DNA of 64,000 nt from Eledone cirrhosa (lineage: Eukaryota): contig OZ024760.1 in the NCBI GenBank assembly GCA_964016885.1, forward strand, positions 34,720,001 to 34,784,000. Reading direction: 5' to 3'. The translations under genes were made by a program, and so were the position numbers. The notes beneath the pieces were generated by a model. The model saw only the letters and a list, made by a program, of their open reading frames with translations. It was not told where the DNA came from and did not search any database. Shown here piece by piece: positions 41,210 to 56,828 of the stretch (the first letter of the stretch is position 1; the number at the start of each line of letters is the position of its first letter).

Positions 41210-43827
41210 AGTTATATTAAAAGGGTTATATCTAGACTGTTTTCTCTGGTTGATATTACAAGGGTTATATCTACACTGTGTTGTCTGGTTATATTAAAAG
41301 GGTTATATCTACACTGTTTTGTCTGGTTGATATTAAAAGGGGTATATCTACACTGTTTTGTCTGGGTTATATTAAAAGGGTTATATATACACTGTTTTAT
41401 CTGCGTTATATTAAAAGGGTTATATCTACACTGTTTTGTCTGGGTTTTATTAAAAGTGTTATATCGACACTGTTTTGTCTGGTTGATATTAAAAGGGTTA
41501 TATCTACACTGTTTTGTCCTGGTTGATATTAAAAGGGTTATATCTACACTGTTTTTTCTGGGTTATATTAAAAGGGTTATATCTATACGGTTTTGTCCTG
41601 GTTGATATTAAAAGGGTTATATCTACACTGTTTTTGTCTGGGTTATATTAAAAAGGTTATATCTACACTGTTTTGTCTGGTTGATATTAAAAGAGTTATA
41701 TCTATACTGTTTTTGTCTGGGTTATATTAAAAGGGTTATATCTACACTGTTTTGTGTGGGTTATATCAAAAGGGTTACATCTACACTGTTTTGTGTGGGT
41801 CATATTAAAAGGGTTATATCTACACTGTTTTGTCTGGGTTATATTAAAAGGGTTATATCTACACTGTTTTGTCCTGGTTGATATTAAAAGGGTTATATCT
41901 ACACTGTTTTTGTCTGGGTTATATTAAAAGGGTTATATCTACACTGTTTTGTCTGGATTATATTAAAAGGCTTATATCTACACTGTTTTGTCCTGGTTGA
42001 TATTAAAAGGGTTATATCTACACTGTTTTTGTCTGGGTTATATTGAAAGGGTTATATCTACACTGTTTTGTGTGGGTTACATTAAAAGGATTATATCTAC
42101 ATTGTTTTGTTTGGGCTATATTAAAAGGGTTATATCTACACTGTTTTGTCTGGGTTATATTAAAAGGGTTATATCTACACTGTTTTGTCCTGGTTGATAT
42201 TAAAAGGGTTATATCTACACTGTTTTTGTCTGGGTTATATTAAAAGGCTTATATCTACACTGTTTTGTCCTGGTTGATATTAAAAGGGTTATATCTACAC
42301 TGTTTTTGTCTGGGTTATATTGAAAGGGTTATATCTACACTGTTTTGTGTGGGTTACATTAAAAGGGTTATATCTACATTGTTTTGTCTGGGCTATATTA
42401 AAAGGGTTATATCTACACTGTTTTGTCTGGGTTATATTAAAAGGGTTATATCTACACTGTTTTGTCTGGGTTATATTAAAAGGGTTATATCTACACTGTT
42501 TTGGCTAGTTGATATTTAAAGGGTTATACCTACACTGTTTTGTCTGGGTTATATCAAAAGGGTTATATCTATACTGTTTTGTCTGGTTAGTATTAAAAGG
42601 GTTATATCTACGCTGTTTTGTCTGGGTTATATTAAAAGGGTTATATCTACACTGTTTTGTCCTGGTTGATGTTAAAAGGGTTATATCTAAACTGTTTTGT
42701 CTGGGTTATATTAAAAGGGTTATATCTACACTATTTTGTCTGGTTGATATTAAAAGGGTTATATCTACACTGAGTTGTCCCGGTTGATATTAAAAGGGTT
42801 ATATCTACACTGTTTTTGTCTGGGTTATATTAAAAGGGTTGTATCTACACTGGTTTGTCTGGTTGATATTAAAAGGGTTATATCTACACTGTTTTTGTCT
42901 GGGTTATATTAAAAGGGTTATATCTACACTGTTTTGTCTGGGTTATATTAAAAGGCTTATATCTACACTGGTTTGTCCTGGTTGATATTAAAACGGTTAT
43001 ATCTACACTGTTTTGTCTGGGTTATATTAAAAGGGTTATATCTACACTGTTTTGTGTGGGTTATATCAAAAGGGTTACATCTACACTGTTTTGTGTGGGT
43101 CATATTAAAAGGGTTATATCTACACTGTTTTGTCTGGGTTATATTAAAAGGGTTATATCTACACTGTTTTGTCCTGGTTGATATTAAAAGGGTTATATCT
43201 ACACTGTTTTTGTCTGGGTTATATTAAAACGGTTATATCTACACTGTTTTGTCTGGGTAATATTAAAAGGCTTATATCTACACTGTTTTGTCCTGGTTGA
43301 TATTAAAAGGGTTATATCTACACTGTTTTTGTCTGGGTTATATTGAAAGGGTTATATCTACACTGTTTTGTGTGGGTTACATTAAAAGGGTTATATCTAC
43401 ATTGTTTTGTCTGGGCTATATTAAAAGGGTTATATCTACACTGTTTTGTCTGGGTTATATTAAAAGGGTTATATCTACACTGTTTTGTCCTGGTTGATAT
43501 TAAAAGGGTTATATCTACACTGTTTTTGTCTGGGTTATATTAAAAGGGTTATATCTACACTGTTTTGTCTGGGTTATATTAAAAGGCTTATATCTACACT
43601 GTTTTGTCCTGGTTGATATTAAAAGGGTTATATCTACACTGTTTTTGTCTGGGTTATATTGAAAGGGTTATATCTACACTGTTTTGTGTGGGTTACATTA
43701 AAAGGGTTATATCTACATTGTTTTGTCTGGGCTATATTAAAAGGGTTATATCTACACTGTTTTGTCTGGGTTATATTAAAAGTGTTATATCTACACTGTT
43801 TTTGTCTGGGTTATATTAAAAGTGTTA

Positions 43828-44014
43828 ATATAGCGGTGCATTAGCAGTATCAGTAGAGTCGGACACCATGCTTTGAAGCATAGAGTTACGTCCCTTTATG
43901 AAGTGAGTTCAAATTCCGCCCCGGTTAACTTTGCCTTTCATCCTTAAGGGGTCGATAAAATAAAGTACCAGTAATGTACTGGCTAATTGCTGGCCTTGTG
44001 CCAAAAGTAGAAAC
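43828..44014 (+). mobile_element. SINE-like element, copy 10 (haplotype D)
   Basis: CCTTAAGGGG instead of CCTTACGGGG; downstream CAAGGGTTATTATCTAC. Confidence 0.85.
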
Positions 44015-45914
44015 AGTTATATTAAAAGGGTTATATCTAGACTGTTTTGTCTGGTTGATATTACAAGGGTTATTATCTACACTGTTTTGTCTGGGTTATA
44101 TTAAAAGGCTTATATCTACACTGTGTTGTCTGGTTATATTAAAAGGGTTATATCTACACTGTTTTGTCTGGTTGATATTAAAAGGGGTATATCTACACTG
44201 TTTTGTCTGGGTTATATTAAAAGGGTTATATATACACTGTTTTATCTGCGTTATATTAAAAGGGTTATATCTACACTGTTTTGTCTGGGTTTTATTAAAA
44301 GTGTTATATCGACACTGTTTTGTCTGGTTGATATTAAAAGGGTTATATCTACACTGTTTTGTCCTGGTTGATATTAAAAGGGTTATATCTACACTGTTTT
44401 TTCTGGGTTATATTAAAAAGGTTATATCTACACTGTTTTGTCTGGTTGATATTAAAAGAGTTATATCTACACTGTTTTGTGTGGGTTATATCAAAAGGGT
44501 TATATCTACACTGTTTTGTGTGAGTCATATCAAAAGGGTTATATCTACACTGTTTTGTGTGGGTTATATTAAAAGGGTTATATCTACACTGTTTTGTCTG
44601 GGTTATATTAAAAGGGTTATATCTACACTGTTTTGGCTAGTTGATATTAAAAGGGTTATACCTACACTGTTTTGTCTGGGTTATATCAAAAGGGTTATAT
44701 CTATACTGTTTTGTCTGGTTAGTATTAAAAGGGTTATATCTACGCTTGTTTGACCGGGTTATATTAAAAGGGTTATATCTACACTGTTTAGTCCTGGTTG
44801 ATATTAAAAGGGTTATATCTAAACTGTTTTGTCTGGGTTATATTAAAAGGGTTATATCTACACTATTTTGTCTGGTTGATATTAAAAGGGTTATATCTAC
44901 ACTGAGTTGTCCCGGTTGATATTAAAAGGGTTATATCTACACTGTTTTTGTCTGGGTTATATTAAAAGGGTTATATCTACACTGTTTTGTCCTGGTTGAT
45001 ATTCAAAGGGTTATATCTATACTGTTTTTATTTGGGTTATATTAAAAGGGTTATAGCTACACTGCTTTGTCCTGGTTGATATTAAAAGGGTTATATCTAC
45101 ACTGTTTTGTCTGGTTTATATTAAAAGGGTTATATCTACACTGTTTTGTCTGGGTTATCTTAAAAGGGTTATGTCTACACTGTTTTGTCTGGTTGATATT
45201 AAAAGAGTTATATCTATACTGTTTTGTCTGGGTTATATTAAAAGGGTTATATCTACAGTTTTGTCTAGGTTATATTAAAAGGGTTATATCTACACTGTTT
45301 TGTCTGGTTGATATTAAAAGGGTTATATCTACACTGTTTTGTCCTGGTTGATATTAAAAGGGTTATATCTACACTGTTTTTGTCTGGGTTATATTAAAAG
45401 GGTTATATCTACACTGTTTTAGTCTGGGTTATATTAAAAGGGTTATGTCTACACTGTTTTGTCTGGTTGATATTAAGAGTTATATCTATACTGTTTTGTC
45501 TGGGTTATATTAAAAGGGTTATATCTACAGTTTTGTCTAGGTTATATTAAAAGGGTTATATCTACACTGTTTTGTCTGGTTGATATTAAAAGGGTTATAT
45601 CTACACTGTTTTGTCCTGGTTGATATTAAAAGGGTTATATCTACACTGTTTTTGTCTGGGTTATATTAAAAGGGTTATATCTACACTGTTTTGTCTGGGT
45701 TATATTAAAAGGCTTATATCTACACTGGTTTGTCCTGGTTGATATTAAAACGGTTATATCTACACTGTTTTGTCTGGGTTATATTAAAAGGGTTATATCT
45801 ATACTGTTTTGTCCTGGTTGATATTAAAAGGGTTATATCTACACTGTTTTGTCTGGGTTATATTAAAAGTGTTATATCTACACTGTTTTTGTCTGGGTTA
45901 TATTAAAAGTGTTA

Positions 45915-46101
45915 ATATAGCGGTGCATTAGCAGTATCAGTAGAGTCGGACACCATGCTTTGAAGCATAGAGTTACGTCCCTTTATGAAGTGAGTTCAAA
46001 TTCCGCCCCGGTTAACTTTGCCTTTCATCCTTAAGGGGTCGATAAAATAAAGTACCAGTAATGTACTGGCTAATTGCTGGCCTTGTGCCAAAAGTAGAAA
46101 C
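45915..46101 (+). mobile_element. SINE-like element, copy 11 (haplotype D)
   Basis: Same as copy 10, offset 2087. Confidence 0.85.
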
Positions 46102-48121
46102 AGTTATATTAAAAGGGTTATATCTAGACTGTTTTGTCTGGTTGATATTACAAGGGTTATTATCTACACTGTTTTGTCTGGGTTATATTAAAAGGCTTAT
46201 ATCTACACTGTGTTGTCTGGTTATATTAAAAGGGTTATATCTACACTGTTTTGTCTGGTTGATATTAAAAGGGGTATATCTACACTGTTTTGTCTGGGTT
46301 ATATTAAAAGGGTTATATATACACTGTTTTATCTGCGTTATATTAAAAGGGTTATATCTACACTGTTTTGTCTGGGTTTTATTAAAAGTGTTATATCGAC
46401 ACTGTTTTGTCTGGTTGATATTAAAAGGGTTATATCTACACTGTTTTGTCCTGGTTGATATTAAAAGGGTTATATCTACACTGTTTTTACTGGGTTATAT
46501 TAAAAAGGTTATATCTACACTGTTTTGTCTGGTTGATATTAAAAGAGTTATATCTACACTGTTTTGTGTGGGTTATATCAAAAGGGTTATATCTACACTG
46601 TTTTGTGTGAGTCATATCAAAAGGGTTATATCTACACTGTTTTGTGTGGGTTATATTAAAAGGGTTATATCTACACTGTTTTGTCTGGGTTATATTAAAA
46701 GGGTTATATCTACACTGTTTTGGCTAGTTGATATTAAAAGGGTTATACCTACACTGTTTTGTCTGGGTTATATCAAAAGGGTTATATCTATACTGTTTTG
46801 TCTGGTTAGTATTAAAAGGGTTATATCTACGCTTGTTTGACCGGGTTATATTAAAAGGGTTATATCTACACTGTTTAGTCCTGGTTGATATTAAAAGGGT
46901 TATATCTAAACTGTTTTGTCTGGGTTATATTAAAAGGGTTATATCTACACTATTTTGTCTGGTTGATATTAAAAGGGTTATATCTACACTGAGTTGTCCC
47001 GGTTGATATTAAAAGGGTTATATCTACACTGTTTTTGTCTGGGTTATATTAAAAGGGTTATATCTACACTGTTTTGTCCTGGTTGATATTCAAAGGGTTA
47101 TATCTATACTGTTTTTATTTGGGTTATATTAAAAGGGTTATAGCTACACTGCTTTGTCCTGGTTGATATTAAAAGGGTTATATCTACACTGTTTTGTCTG
47201 GTTTATATTAAAAGGGTTATATCTACACTGTTTTGTCTGGGTTATCTTAAAAGGGTTATGTCTACACTGTTTTGTCTGGTTGATATTAAAAGAGTTATAT
47301 CTATACTGTTTTGTCTGGGTTATATTAAAAGGGTTATATCTACAGTTTTGTCTAGGTTATATTAAAAGGGTTATATCTACACTGTTTTGTCTGGTTGATA
47401 TTAAAAGGGTTATATCTACACTGTTTTGTCCTGGTTGATATTAAAAGGGTTATATCTACACTGTTTTTGTCTGGGTTATATTAAAAGGGTTATATCTACA
47501 CTGTTTTAGTCTGGGTTATATTAAAAGGGTTATGTCTACACTGTTTTGTCTGGTTGATATTAAAAGAGTTATATCTATACTGTTTTGTCTGGGTTATATT
47601 AAAAGGGTTATATCTACAGTTTTGTCTAGGTTATATTAAAAGGGTTATATCTACACTGTTTTGTCTGGTTGATATTAAAAGGGTTATATCTACACTGTTT
47701 TGTCCTGGTTGATATTAAAAGGGTTATATCTACACTGTTTTTGTCTGGGTTATATTAAAAGGGTTATATCTACACTGTTTTGTCTGGGTTATATTAAAAG
47801 GCTTATATCTACACTGGTTTGTCCTGGTTGATATTAAAACGGTTATATCTACACTGTTTTGTCTGGGTTATATTAAAAGGGTTATATCTATACTGTTTTG
47901 TCCTGGTTGATATTAAAAGGGTTATATCTACACTGTTTTTGTCTGGGTTATATTGAAAGGGTTATATCTACACTGTTTTGTGTGGGTTATATTAAAAGGG
48001 TTATATCTACATTGTTTTGTCTGGGCTATATTAAAAGGGTTATATCTACACTGTTTTGTCTGGGTTATATTAAAAGGGTTATATCTACACTGTTTTTGTC
48101 TGGGTTATATTAAAAGTGTTA

Positions 48122-48308
48122 ATATAGCGGTGCATTAGCAGTATCAGTAGAGTCGGACACCATGCTTTGAAGCATAGAGTTACGTCCCTTTATGAAGTGA
48201 GTTCAAATTCCGCCCCGGTTAACTTTGCCTTTCATCCTTACGGGGTCAATAAAATAAAGTACCAGTAATGTACTGGCTAATTGCTGGCCTTGTGCCAAAA
48301 GTAGAAAC
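48122..48308 (+). mobile_element. SINE-like element, copy 12 (haplotype E)
   Basis: GGGGTCAATAA instead of GGGGTCGATAA. Confidence 0.85.
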
Positions 48309-51300
48309 AGTTATATTAAAAGGGTTATATCTAGACTGTTTTGTCTGGTTGATATTACAAGGGTTATATCTACACTGTTTTGTCTGGTTGATATTAAAAG
48401 GGGTATATCTACACTGTTTTGTCTGGGTTATATTAAAGGGGTTATATATACACTGTTTTATCTGCGTTATTTTAAAAGGGTCATATCTACACTATATTGT
48501 CTGGGTTTTATTAAAAGTGTTATATCTACTCTGTTTTGTCTGGTTGATATTAAAAGGGTTATATCTACACTGTTTTGTCCTGGTTGATATTAAAAGGGTT
48601 ATATCTACACTGTTTTGTCTGGGTTATATTAAAAGGGTTATATCTATACGGTTTTGTCCTGGTTGATATTAAAAGGGTTATATCTACACTGTTTTTGTCT
48701 GGGTTATATTAAAAGAGTTATATCTACCCTGTTTTGTCTGGTTGATATTAAATGAGTTATATCTATACTGTTTTATCTGGGTTATATTAAAAGGGTTATA
48801 TCTACAGTTTTGTCTACGTTATATTCAAAGGGTTATATCTACACTGTTTTTGTCTGGGTTATATCAAAACGGTTATATCTACACTGTTTTGTGTGCGTTA
48901 TATTAAAAGGGTTATATCTACACTGTTTTGTCTGGGTTATATTAAATGGCTTATATCTACACTGTGTTGTCTGGTTATATTAAAAGGGTTATATCTACAC
49001 TGTTTTGTCTGGTTGATATTAAAAGGGGTATATCTACACTGTTTTGTCTGGGTTATATTAAAAGGGTTATATATACACTGTTTTATCTGCGTTATATTAA
49101 AAGGGTTATATCTACACTGTTTTGTCTGGGTTTTATTAAAAGTGTTATATCGACACTGTTTTGTCTGGTTGATATTAAAAGGGTTATATCTACACTGTTT
49201 TGTCCTGGTTGATATTAAAAGGGTTATATCTACACTGTTTTTTCTGGGTTATATTAAAAGGGTTATATCTATACGGTTTTGTCCTGGTTGATATTAAAAG
49301 GGTTATATCTACACTGTTTTTGTCTGGGTTATATTAAAAAGGTTATATCTACACTGTTTTGTCTGGTTGATATTAAAAGAGTTATATCTATACTGTTTTT
49401 GTCTGGGTTATATTAAAAGGGTTATATCTACACTGTTTTGTGTGGGTTATATCAAAAGGGTTACATCTACACTGTTTTGTGTGGGTCATATTAAAAGGGT
49501 TATATCTACACTGTTTTGTCTGGGTTATATTAAAAGGGTTATATCTACACTGTTTTGTCCTGGTTGATATTAAAAGGGTTATATCTACACTGTTTTTGTC
49601 TGGGTTATATTAAAAGGGTTATATCTACACTGTTTTGTCTGGGTAATATTAAAAGGCTTATATCTACACTGTTTTGTCCTGGTTGATATTAAAAGGGTTA
49701 TATCTACACTGTTTTTGTCTGGGTTATATTGAAAGGGTTATATCTACACTGTTTTGTGTGGGTTACATTAAAAGGGTTATATCTACATTGTTTTGTCTGG
49801 GCTATATTAAAAGGGTTATATCTACACTGTTTTGTCTGGGTTATATTAAAAGGGTTATATCTACACTGTTTTGTCCTGGTTGATATTAAAAGGGTTATAT
49901 CTACACTGTTTTTGTCTGGGTTATATTAAAAGGGTTATATCTACACTGTTTTGTCTGGGTTATATTAAAAGGCTTATATCTACACTGTTTTGTCCTGGTT
50001 GATATTAAAAGGGTTATATCTACACTGTTTTTGTCTGGGTTATATTGAAAGGGTTATATCTACACTGTTTTGTGTGGGTTACATTAAAAGGGTTATATCT
50101 ACATTGTTTTGTCTGGGCTATATTAAAAGGGTTATATCTACACTGTTTTGTCTGGGTTATATTAAAAGGGTTATATCTACACTGTTTTGTCTGGGTTATA
50201 TTAAAAGGGTTATATCTACACTGTTTTGGCTAGTTGATATTTAAAGGGTTATACCTACACTGTTTTGTCTGGGTTATATCAAAAGGGTTATATCTATACT
50301 GTTTTGTCTGGTTAGTATTAAAAGGGTTATATCTACGCTGTTTTGTCCGGGTTATATTAAAAGGGTTATATCTACACTGTTTTGTCCTGGTTGATGTTAA
50401 AAGGGTTATATCTAAACTGTTTTGTCTGGGTTATATTAAAAGGGTTATATCTACACTATTTTGTCTGGTTGATATTAAAAGGGTTATATCTACACTGAGT
50501 TGTCCCGGTTGATATTAAAAGGGTTATATCTACACTGTTTTTGTCTGGGTTATATTAAAAGGGTTGTATCTACACTGGTTTGTCTGGTTGATATTAAAAG
50601 GGTTATATCTACACTGTTTTTGTCTGGGTTATATTAAAAGGGTTATATCTACACTGTTTTGTCTGGGTTATATTAAAAGGCTTATATCTACACTGGTTTG
50701 TCCTGGTTGATATTAAAACGGTTATATCTACACTGTTTTGTCTGGGTTATATTAAAAGGGTTATATCTACACTGTTTTGTCTGGGTTATATTAAAAGGGT
50801 TATATCTACACTGTTTTGTCTGGGTTATATTAAAAGGGTTATATCTACACTGTTTTGTCTGGTTGATATTAAAAGGGTTATATCTACACTGTTTTGTCTG
50901 GGTTATATTAAAAGGGTTATATCTACACTGTTTTGTCCTGGTTGATATTAAAAGGGTTATATCTACACTGTTTTTGTCTGGGTTATATTAAAAGGGTTAT
51001 ATCTACACTGTTTTGTCTGGGTTATATTAAAAGGCTTATATCTACACTGGTTTGTCCTGGTTGATATTAAAACGGTTATATCTACACTGTTTTGTCTGGG
51101 TTATATTAAAAGGGTTATATCTATACTGTTTTGTCCTGGTTGATATTAAAAGGGTTATATCTACACTGTTTTTGTCTGGGTTATATTGAAAGGGTTATAT
51201 CTACACTGTTTTGTGTGGGTTATATTAAAAGGGTTATATCTACATTGTTTTGTCTGGGCTATATTAAAAGGGTTATATCTACACTGTTTTGTCTGGGTTA

Positions 51301-51354
51301 TATTAAAAGTGTTATATCTACACTGTTTTTGTCTGGGTTATATTAAAAGTGTTA

Positions 51355-51541
51355 ATATAGCGGTGCATTAGCAGTATCAGTAGAGTCGGACACCATGCTT
51401 TGAAGCATAGAGTTACGTCCCTTTATGAAGTGAGTTCAAATTCCGCCCCGGTTAACTTTGCCTTTCATCCTTAAGGGGTCGATAAAATAAAGTACCAGTA
51501 ATGTACTGGCTAATTGCTGGCCTTGTGCCAAAAGTAGAAAC
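51355..51541 (+). mobile_element. SINE-like element, copy 13 (haplotype D)
   Basis: CCTTAAGGGG. Confidence 0.85.
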
Positions 51542-53366
51542 AGTTATATTAAAAGGGTTATATCTAGACTGTTTTGTCTGGTTGATATTACAAGGGTTAT
51601 TATCTACACTGTTTTGTCTGGGTTATATTAAAAGGCTTATATCTACACTGTGTTGTCTGGTTATATTAAAAGGGTTATATCTACACTGTTTTGTCTGGTT
51701 GATATTAAAAGGGGTATATCTACACTGTTTTGTCTGGGTTATATTAAAAGGGTTATATATACACTGTTTTATCTGCGTTATATTAAAAGGGTTATATCTA
51801 CACTGTTTTGTCTGGGTTTTATTAAAAGTGTTATATCGACACTGTTTTGTCTGGTTGATATTAAAAGGGTTATATCTACACTGTTTTGTCCTGGTTGATA
51901 TTAAAAGGGTTATATCTACACTGTTTTTTCTGGGTTATATTAAAAAGGTTATATCTACACTGTTTTGTCTGGTTGATATTAAAAGAGTTATATCTACACT
52001 GTTTTGTGTGGGTTATATCAAAAGGGTTATATCTACACTGTTTTGTGTGAGTCATATCAAAAGGGTTATATCTACACTGTTTTGTGTGGGTTATATTAAA
52101 AGGGTTATATCTACACTGTTTTGTCTGGGTTATATTAAAAGGGTTATATCTACACTGTTTTGGCTAGTTGATATTAAAAGGGTTATACCTACACTGTTTT
52201 GTCTGGGTTATATCAAAAGGGTTATATCTATACTGTTTTGTCTGGTTAGTATTAAAAGGGTTATATCTACGCTTGTTTGACCGGGTTATATTAAAAGGGT
52301 TATATCTACACTGTTTAGTCCTGGTTGATATTAAAAGGGTTATATCTAAACTGTTTTGTCTGGGTTATATTAAAAGGGTTATATCTACACTATTTTGTCT
52401 GGTTGATATTAAAAGGGTTATATCTACACTGAGTTGTCCCGGTTGATATTAAAAGGGTTATATCTACACTGTTTTTGTCTGGGTTATATTAAAAGGGTTA
52501 TGTCTACACTGTTTTGTCCTGGTTGATATTCAAAGGGTTATATCTATACTGTTTTTATTTGGGTTATATTAAAAGGGTTATAGCTACACTGCTTTGTCCT
52601 GGTTGATATTAAAAGGGTTATATCTACACTGTTTTGTCTGGTTTATATTAAAAGAGTTATATCTACACTGTTTTGTCTGGGTTATCTTAAAAGGGTTATA
52701 TCTACACTGTTTTGTCTGGGTTATATTAAAAGGGTTATATCTACACTGTTTTGTCCTGGTTGATATTAAAAGGGTTATATCTACACTGTTTTAGTCTGGG
52801 TTATATTAAAAGGGTTATGTCTACACTGTTTTGTCTGGTTGATATTAAAAGAGTTATATCTATACTGTTTTGTCTGGGTTATATTAAAAGGGTTATATCT
52901 ACAGTTTTGTCTAGGTTATATTAAAAGGGTTATATCTACACTGTTTTGTCTGGTTGATATTAAAAGGGTTATATCTACACTGTTTTGTCCTGGTCGATAT
53001 TAAAAGGGTTATATCTACACTGTTTTTGTCTGGGTTATATTAAAAGGGTTATATCTACACTGTTTTGTCTGGGTTATATTAAAAGGCTTATATCTACACT
53101 GGTTTGTCCTGGTTGATATTAAAACGGTTATATCTACACTGTTTTGTCTGGGTTATATTAAAAGGGTTATATCTATACTGTTTTGTCCTGGTTGATATTA
53201 AAAGGGTTATATCTACACTGTTTTTGTCTGGGTTATATTGAAAGGGTTATATCTACACTGTTTTGTGTGGGTTATATTAAAAGGGTTATATCTACATTGT
53301 TTTGTCTGGGCTATATTAAAAGGGTTATATCTACACTGTTTTGTCTGGGTTATATTAAAAGGGTTA

Positions 53367-53553
53367 ATATAGCGGTGCATTAGCAGTATCAGTAGAGTCG
53401 GACACCATGCTTTGAAGCATAGAGTTACGTCCCCTTATGAAGTGAGTTCAAATTCCGCCCCGGTTAACTTTGCCTTTCATCCTTACGGGGTCAATAAAAT
53501 AAAGTACCAGTAATGTACTGGCTAATTGCTGGCCTTGTGCCAAAAGTAGAAAC
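53367..53553 (+). mobile_element. SINE-like element, copy 14 (haplotype E)
   Basis: GGGGTCAATAA; private GTCCCCTTATG; left flank AAAAGGGTTA. Confidence 0.85.
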
Positions 53554-56500
53554 AGTTATATTGAAAGGGTTATATCTAGACTGTTTTGTCTGGTTGATAT
53601 TACAAGGGTTATATCTACACTGTTTTGTCTGGTTGATATTAAAAGGGGTATATCTACACTGTTTTGTCTGGGTTATATTAAAGGGGTTATATATACACTG
53701 TTTTATCTGCGTTATTTTAAAAGGGTCATATCTACACTATTTTGTCTGGGTTTTATTAAAAGTGTTATATCTACTCTGTTTTGTCTGGTTGATATTAAAA
53801 GGGTTATATCTACACTGTTTTGTCCTGGTTGATATTAAAAGGGTTATATCTACACTGTTTTGTCTGGGTTATATTAAAAGGGTTATATCTATACGGTTTT
53901 GTCCTGGTTGATATTAAAAGGGTTATATCTACACTGTTTTTGTCTGGGTTATATTAAAAGAGTTATATCTACCCTGTTTTGTCTGGTTGATATTAAATGA
54001 GTTATATCTATACTGTTTTATCTGGGTTATATTAAAAGGGTTATATCTACACTGTTTTTGTCTGGGTTATATCAAAAGGGTTATATCTACACTGTTTTGT
54101 GTGCGTTATATTAAAAGGGTTATATCTACACTGTTTTGTCTGGGTTATATTAAATGGCTTATATCTACACTGTGTTGTCTGGTTATATTAAAAGGGTTAT
54201 ATCTACACTGTTTTGTCTGGTTGATATTAAAAGGGGTATATCTACACTGTTTTGTCTGGGTTATATTAAAAGGGTTATATATACACTGTTTTATCTGCGT
54301 TATATTAAAAGGGTTATATCTACACTGTTTTGTCTGGGTTTTATTAAAAGTGTTATATCGACACTGTTTTGTCTGGTTGATATTAAAAGGGTTATATCTA
54401 CACTGTTTTGTCCTGGTTGATATTAAAAGGGTTATATCTACACTGTTTTTTCTGGGTTATATTAAAAGGGTTATATCTATACGGTTTTGTCCTGGTTGAT
54501 ATTAAAAGGGTTATATCTACACTGTTTTTGTCTGGGTTATATTAAAAAGGTTATATCTACACTGTTTTGTCTGGTTGATATTAAAAGAGTTATATCTATA
54601 CTGTTTTTGTCTGGGTTATATTAAAAGGGTTATATCTACACTGTTTTGTGTGGGTTATATCAAAAGGGTTACATCTACACTGTTTTGTGTGGGTCATATT
54701 AAAAGGGTTATATCTACACTGTTTTGTCTGGGTTATATTAAAAGGGTTATATCTACACTGTTTTGTCCTGGTTGATATTAAAAGGGTTATATCTACACTG
54801 TTTTTGTCTGGGTTATATTAAAAGGGTTATATCTACACTGTTTTGTCTGGGTTATATTAAAAGGCTTATATCTACACTGTTTTGTCCTGGTTGATATTAA
54901 AAGGGTTATATCTACACTGTTTTTGTCTGGGTTATATTGAAAGGGTTATATCTACACTGTTTTGTGTGGGTTACATTAAAAGGGTTATATCTACATTGTT
55001 TTGTCTGGGCTATATTAAAAGGGTTATATCTACACTGTTTTGTCTGGGTTATATTAAAAGGGTTATATCTACACTGTTTTGTCCTGGTTGATATTAAAAG
55101 GGTTATATCTACACTGTTTTTGTCTGGGTTATATTAAAAGGGTTATATCTACACTGTTTTGTCTGGGTTATATTAAAAGGCTTATATCTACACTGTTTTG
55201 TCCTGGTTGATATTAAAAGGGTTATATCTACACTGTTTTTGTCTGGGTTATATTGAAAGGGTTATATCTACACTGTTTTGTGTGGGTTACATTAAAAGGG
55301 TTATATCTACATTGTTTTGTCTGGGCTATATTAAAAGGGTTATATCTACACTGTTTTGTCTGGGTTATATTAAAAGGGTTATATCTACACTGTTTTGTCT
55401 GGGTTATATTAAAAGGGTTATATCTACACTGTTTTGGCTAGTTGATATTTAAAGGGTTATACCTACACTGTTTTGTCTGGGTTATATCAAAAGAGTTATA
55501 TCTATACTGTTTTGTCTGGTTAGTATTAAAAGGGTTATATCTACGCTGTTTTGTCCGGGTTATATTAAAAGGGTTATATCTACACTGTTTTGTCCTGGTT
55601 GGTGTTAAAAGGGTTATATCTAAACTGTTTTGTCTGGGTTATATTAAAAGGCTTATATCTACACTGTTTTGTCCTGGTTGATATTAAAAGGGTTATATCT
55701 ACACTGTTTTGTGTGGGTTATATCAAAAGGGTTACATCTACACTGTTTTGTGTGGGTCATATTAAAAGGGTTATATCTACACTGAGTTGTCCCGGTTGAT
55801 ATTAAAAGGGTTATATCTACACTGTTTTTGTCTGGGTTATATTAAAAGGGTTGTATCTACACTGGTTTGTCTGGTTGATATTAAAAGGGTTATATCTACA
55901 CTGTTTTTGTCTGGGTTATATTAAAAGGGTTATATCTACACTGTTTTGTCTGGGTTATATTAAAAGGCTTATATCTACACTGGTTTGTCCTGGTTGATAT
56001 TAAAACGGTTATATCTACACTGTTTTGTCTGGGTTATATTAAAAGGGTTATATCTACACTGTTTTGTCTGGGTTATATTAAAAGGGTTATATCTACACTG
56101 TTTTGTCTGGGTTATATTAAAAGGGTTATATCTACACTGTTTTGTCTGGTTGATATTAAAAGGGTTATATCTACACTGTTTTGTCTGGGTTATATTAAAA
56201 GGGTTATATCTACACTGTTTTGTCCTGGTTGATATTAAAAGGGTTATATCTACACTGTTTTTGTCTGGGTTATATTAAAAGGGTTATATCTACACTGTTT
56301 TGTCTGGGTTATATTAAAAGGCTTATATCTACACTGGTTTGTCCTGGTTGATATTAAAACGGTTATATCTACACTGTTTTGTCTGGGTTATATTAAAAGG
56401 GTTATATCTATACTGTTTTGTCCTGGTTGATATTAAAAGGGTTATATCTACACTGTTTTTGTGTGGGTTATATTGAAAGGGTTATATCTACACTGTTTTG

Positions 56501-56641
56501 TGTGGGTTATATTAAAAGGGTTATATCTACATTGTTTTGTCTGGGCTATATTAAAAGGGTTATATCTACACTGTTTTGTCTGGGTTATATTAAAAGTGTT
56601 ATATCTACACTGTTTTTGTCTGGGTTATATTAAAAGTGTTA

Positions 56642-56828
56642 ATATAGCGGTGCATTAGCAGTATCAGTAGAGTCGGACACCATGCTTTGACGCATAGAGT
56701 TACGTCCCTTTATGAAGTGAGTTCAAATTCCGCCCCGGTTAACTTTGCCTTTCATCCTTAAGGGGTCGATAAAATAAAGTACCAGTAATGTACTGGCTAA
56801 TTGCTGGCCTTGTGCCAAAAGTAGAAAC
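56642..56828 (+). mobile_element. SINE-like element, copy 15 (haplotype D)
   Basis: CCTTAAGGGG; private TTTGACGCAT. Confidence 0.85.

Larger units (their letters stand above)
31640..43585 (+). repeat. Tandem higher-order repeat, about 2.7 x 4375 bp (first unit 4414 = plus one monomer), one haplotype-C SINE per unit
   Basis: ORF triplets 32931/37306/41681, 33515/37890/42265 and 34223/38598/42973. Confidence 0.93.
43740..47940 (+). repeat. Tandem higher-order repeat, 2 x about 2087 bp with haplotype-D SINE
   Basis: ORF pairs 43974/46061, 44641/46728 and 45067/47154; boundaries approximate. Confidence 0.88.

Noticed and set aside
31640-43585. Assembly artefact explanation for the 4375-bp triplication
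   Set aside because: Units differ by scattered SNPs and one monomer indel, which favours real duplication. It cannot be fully excluded without reads.
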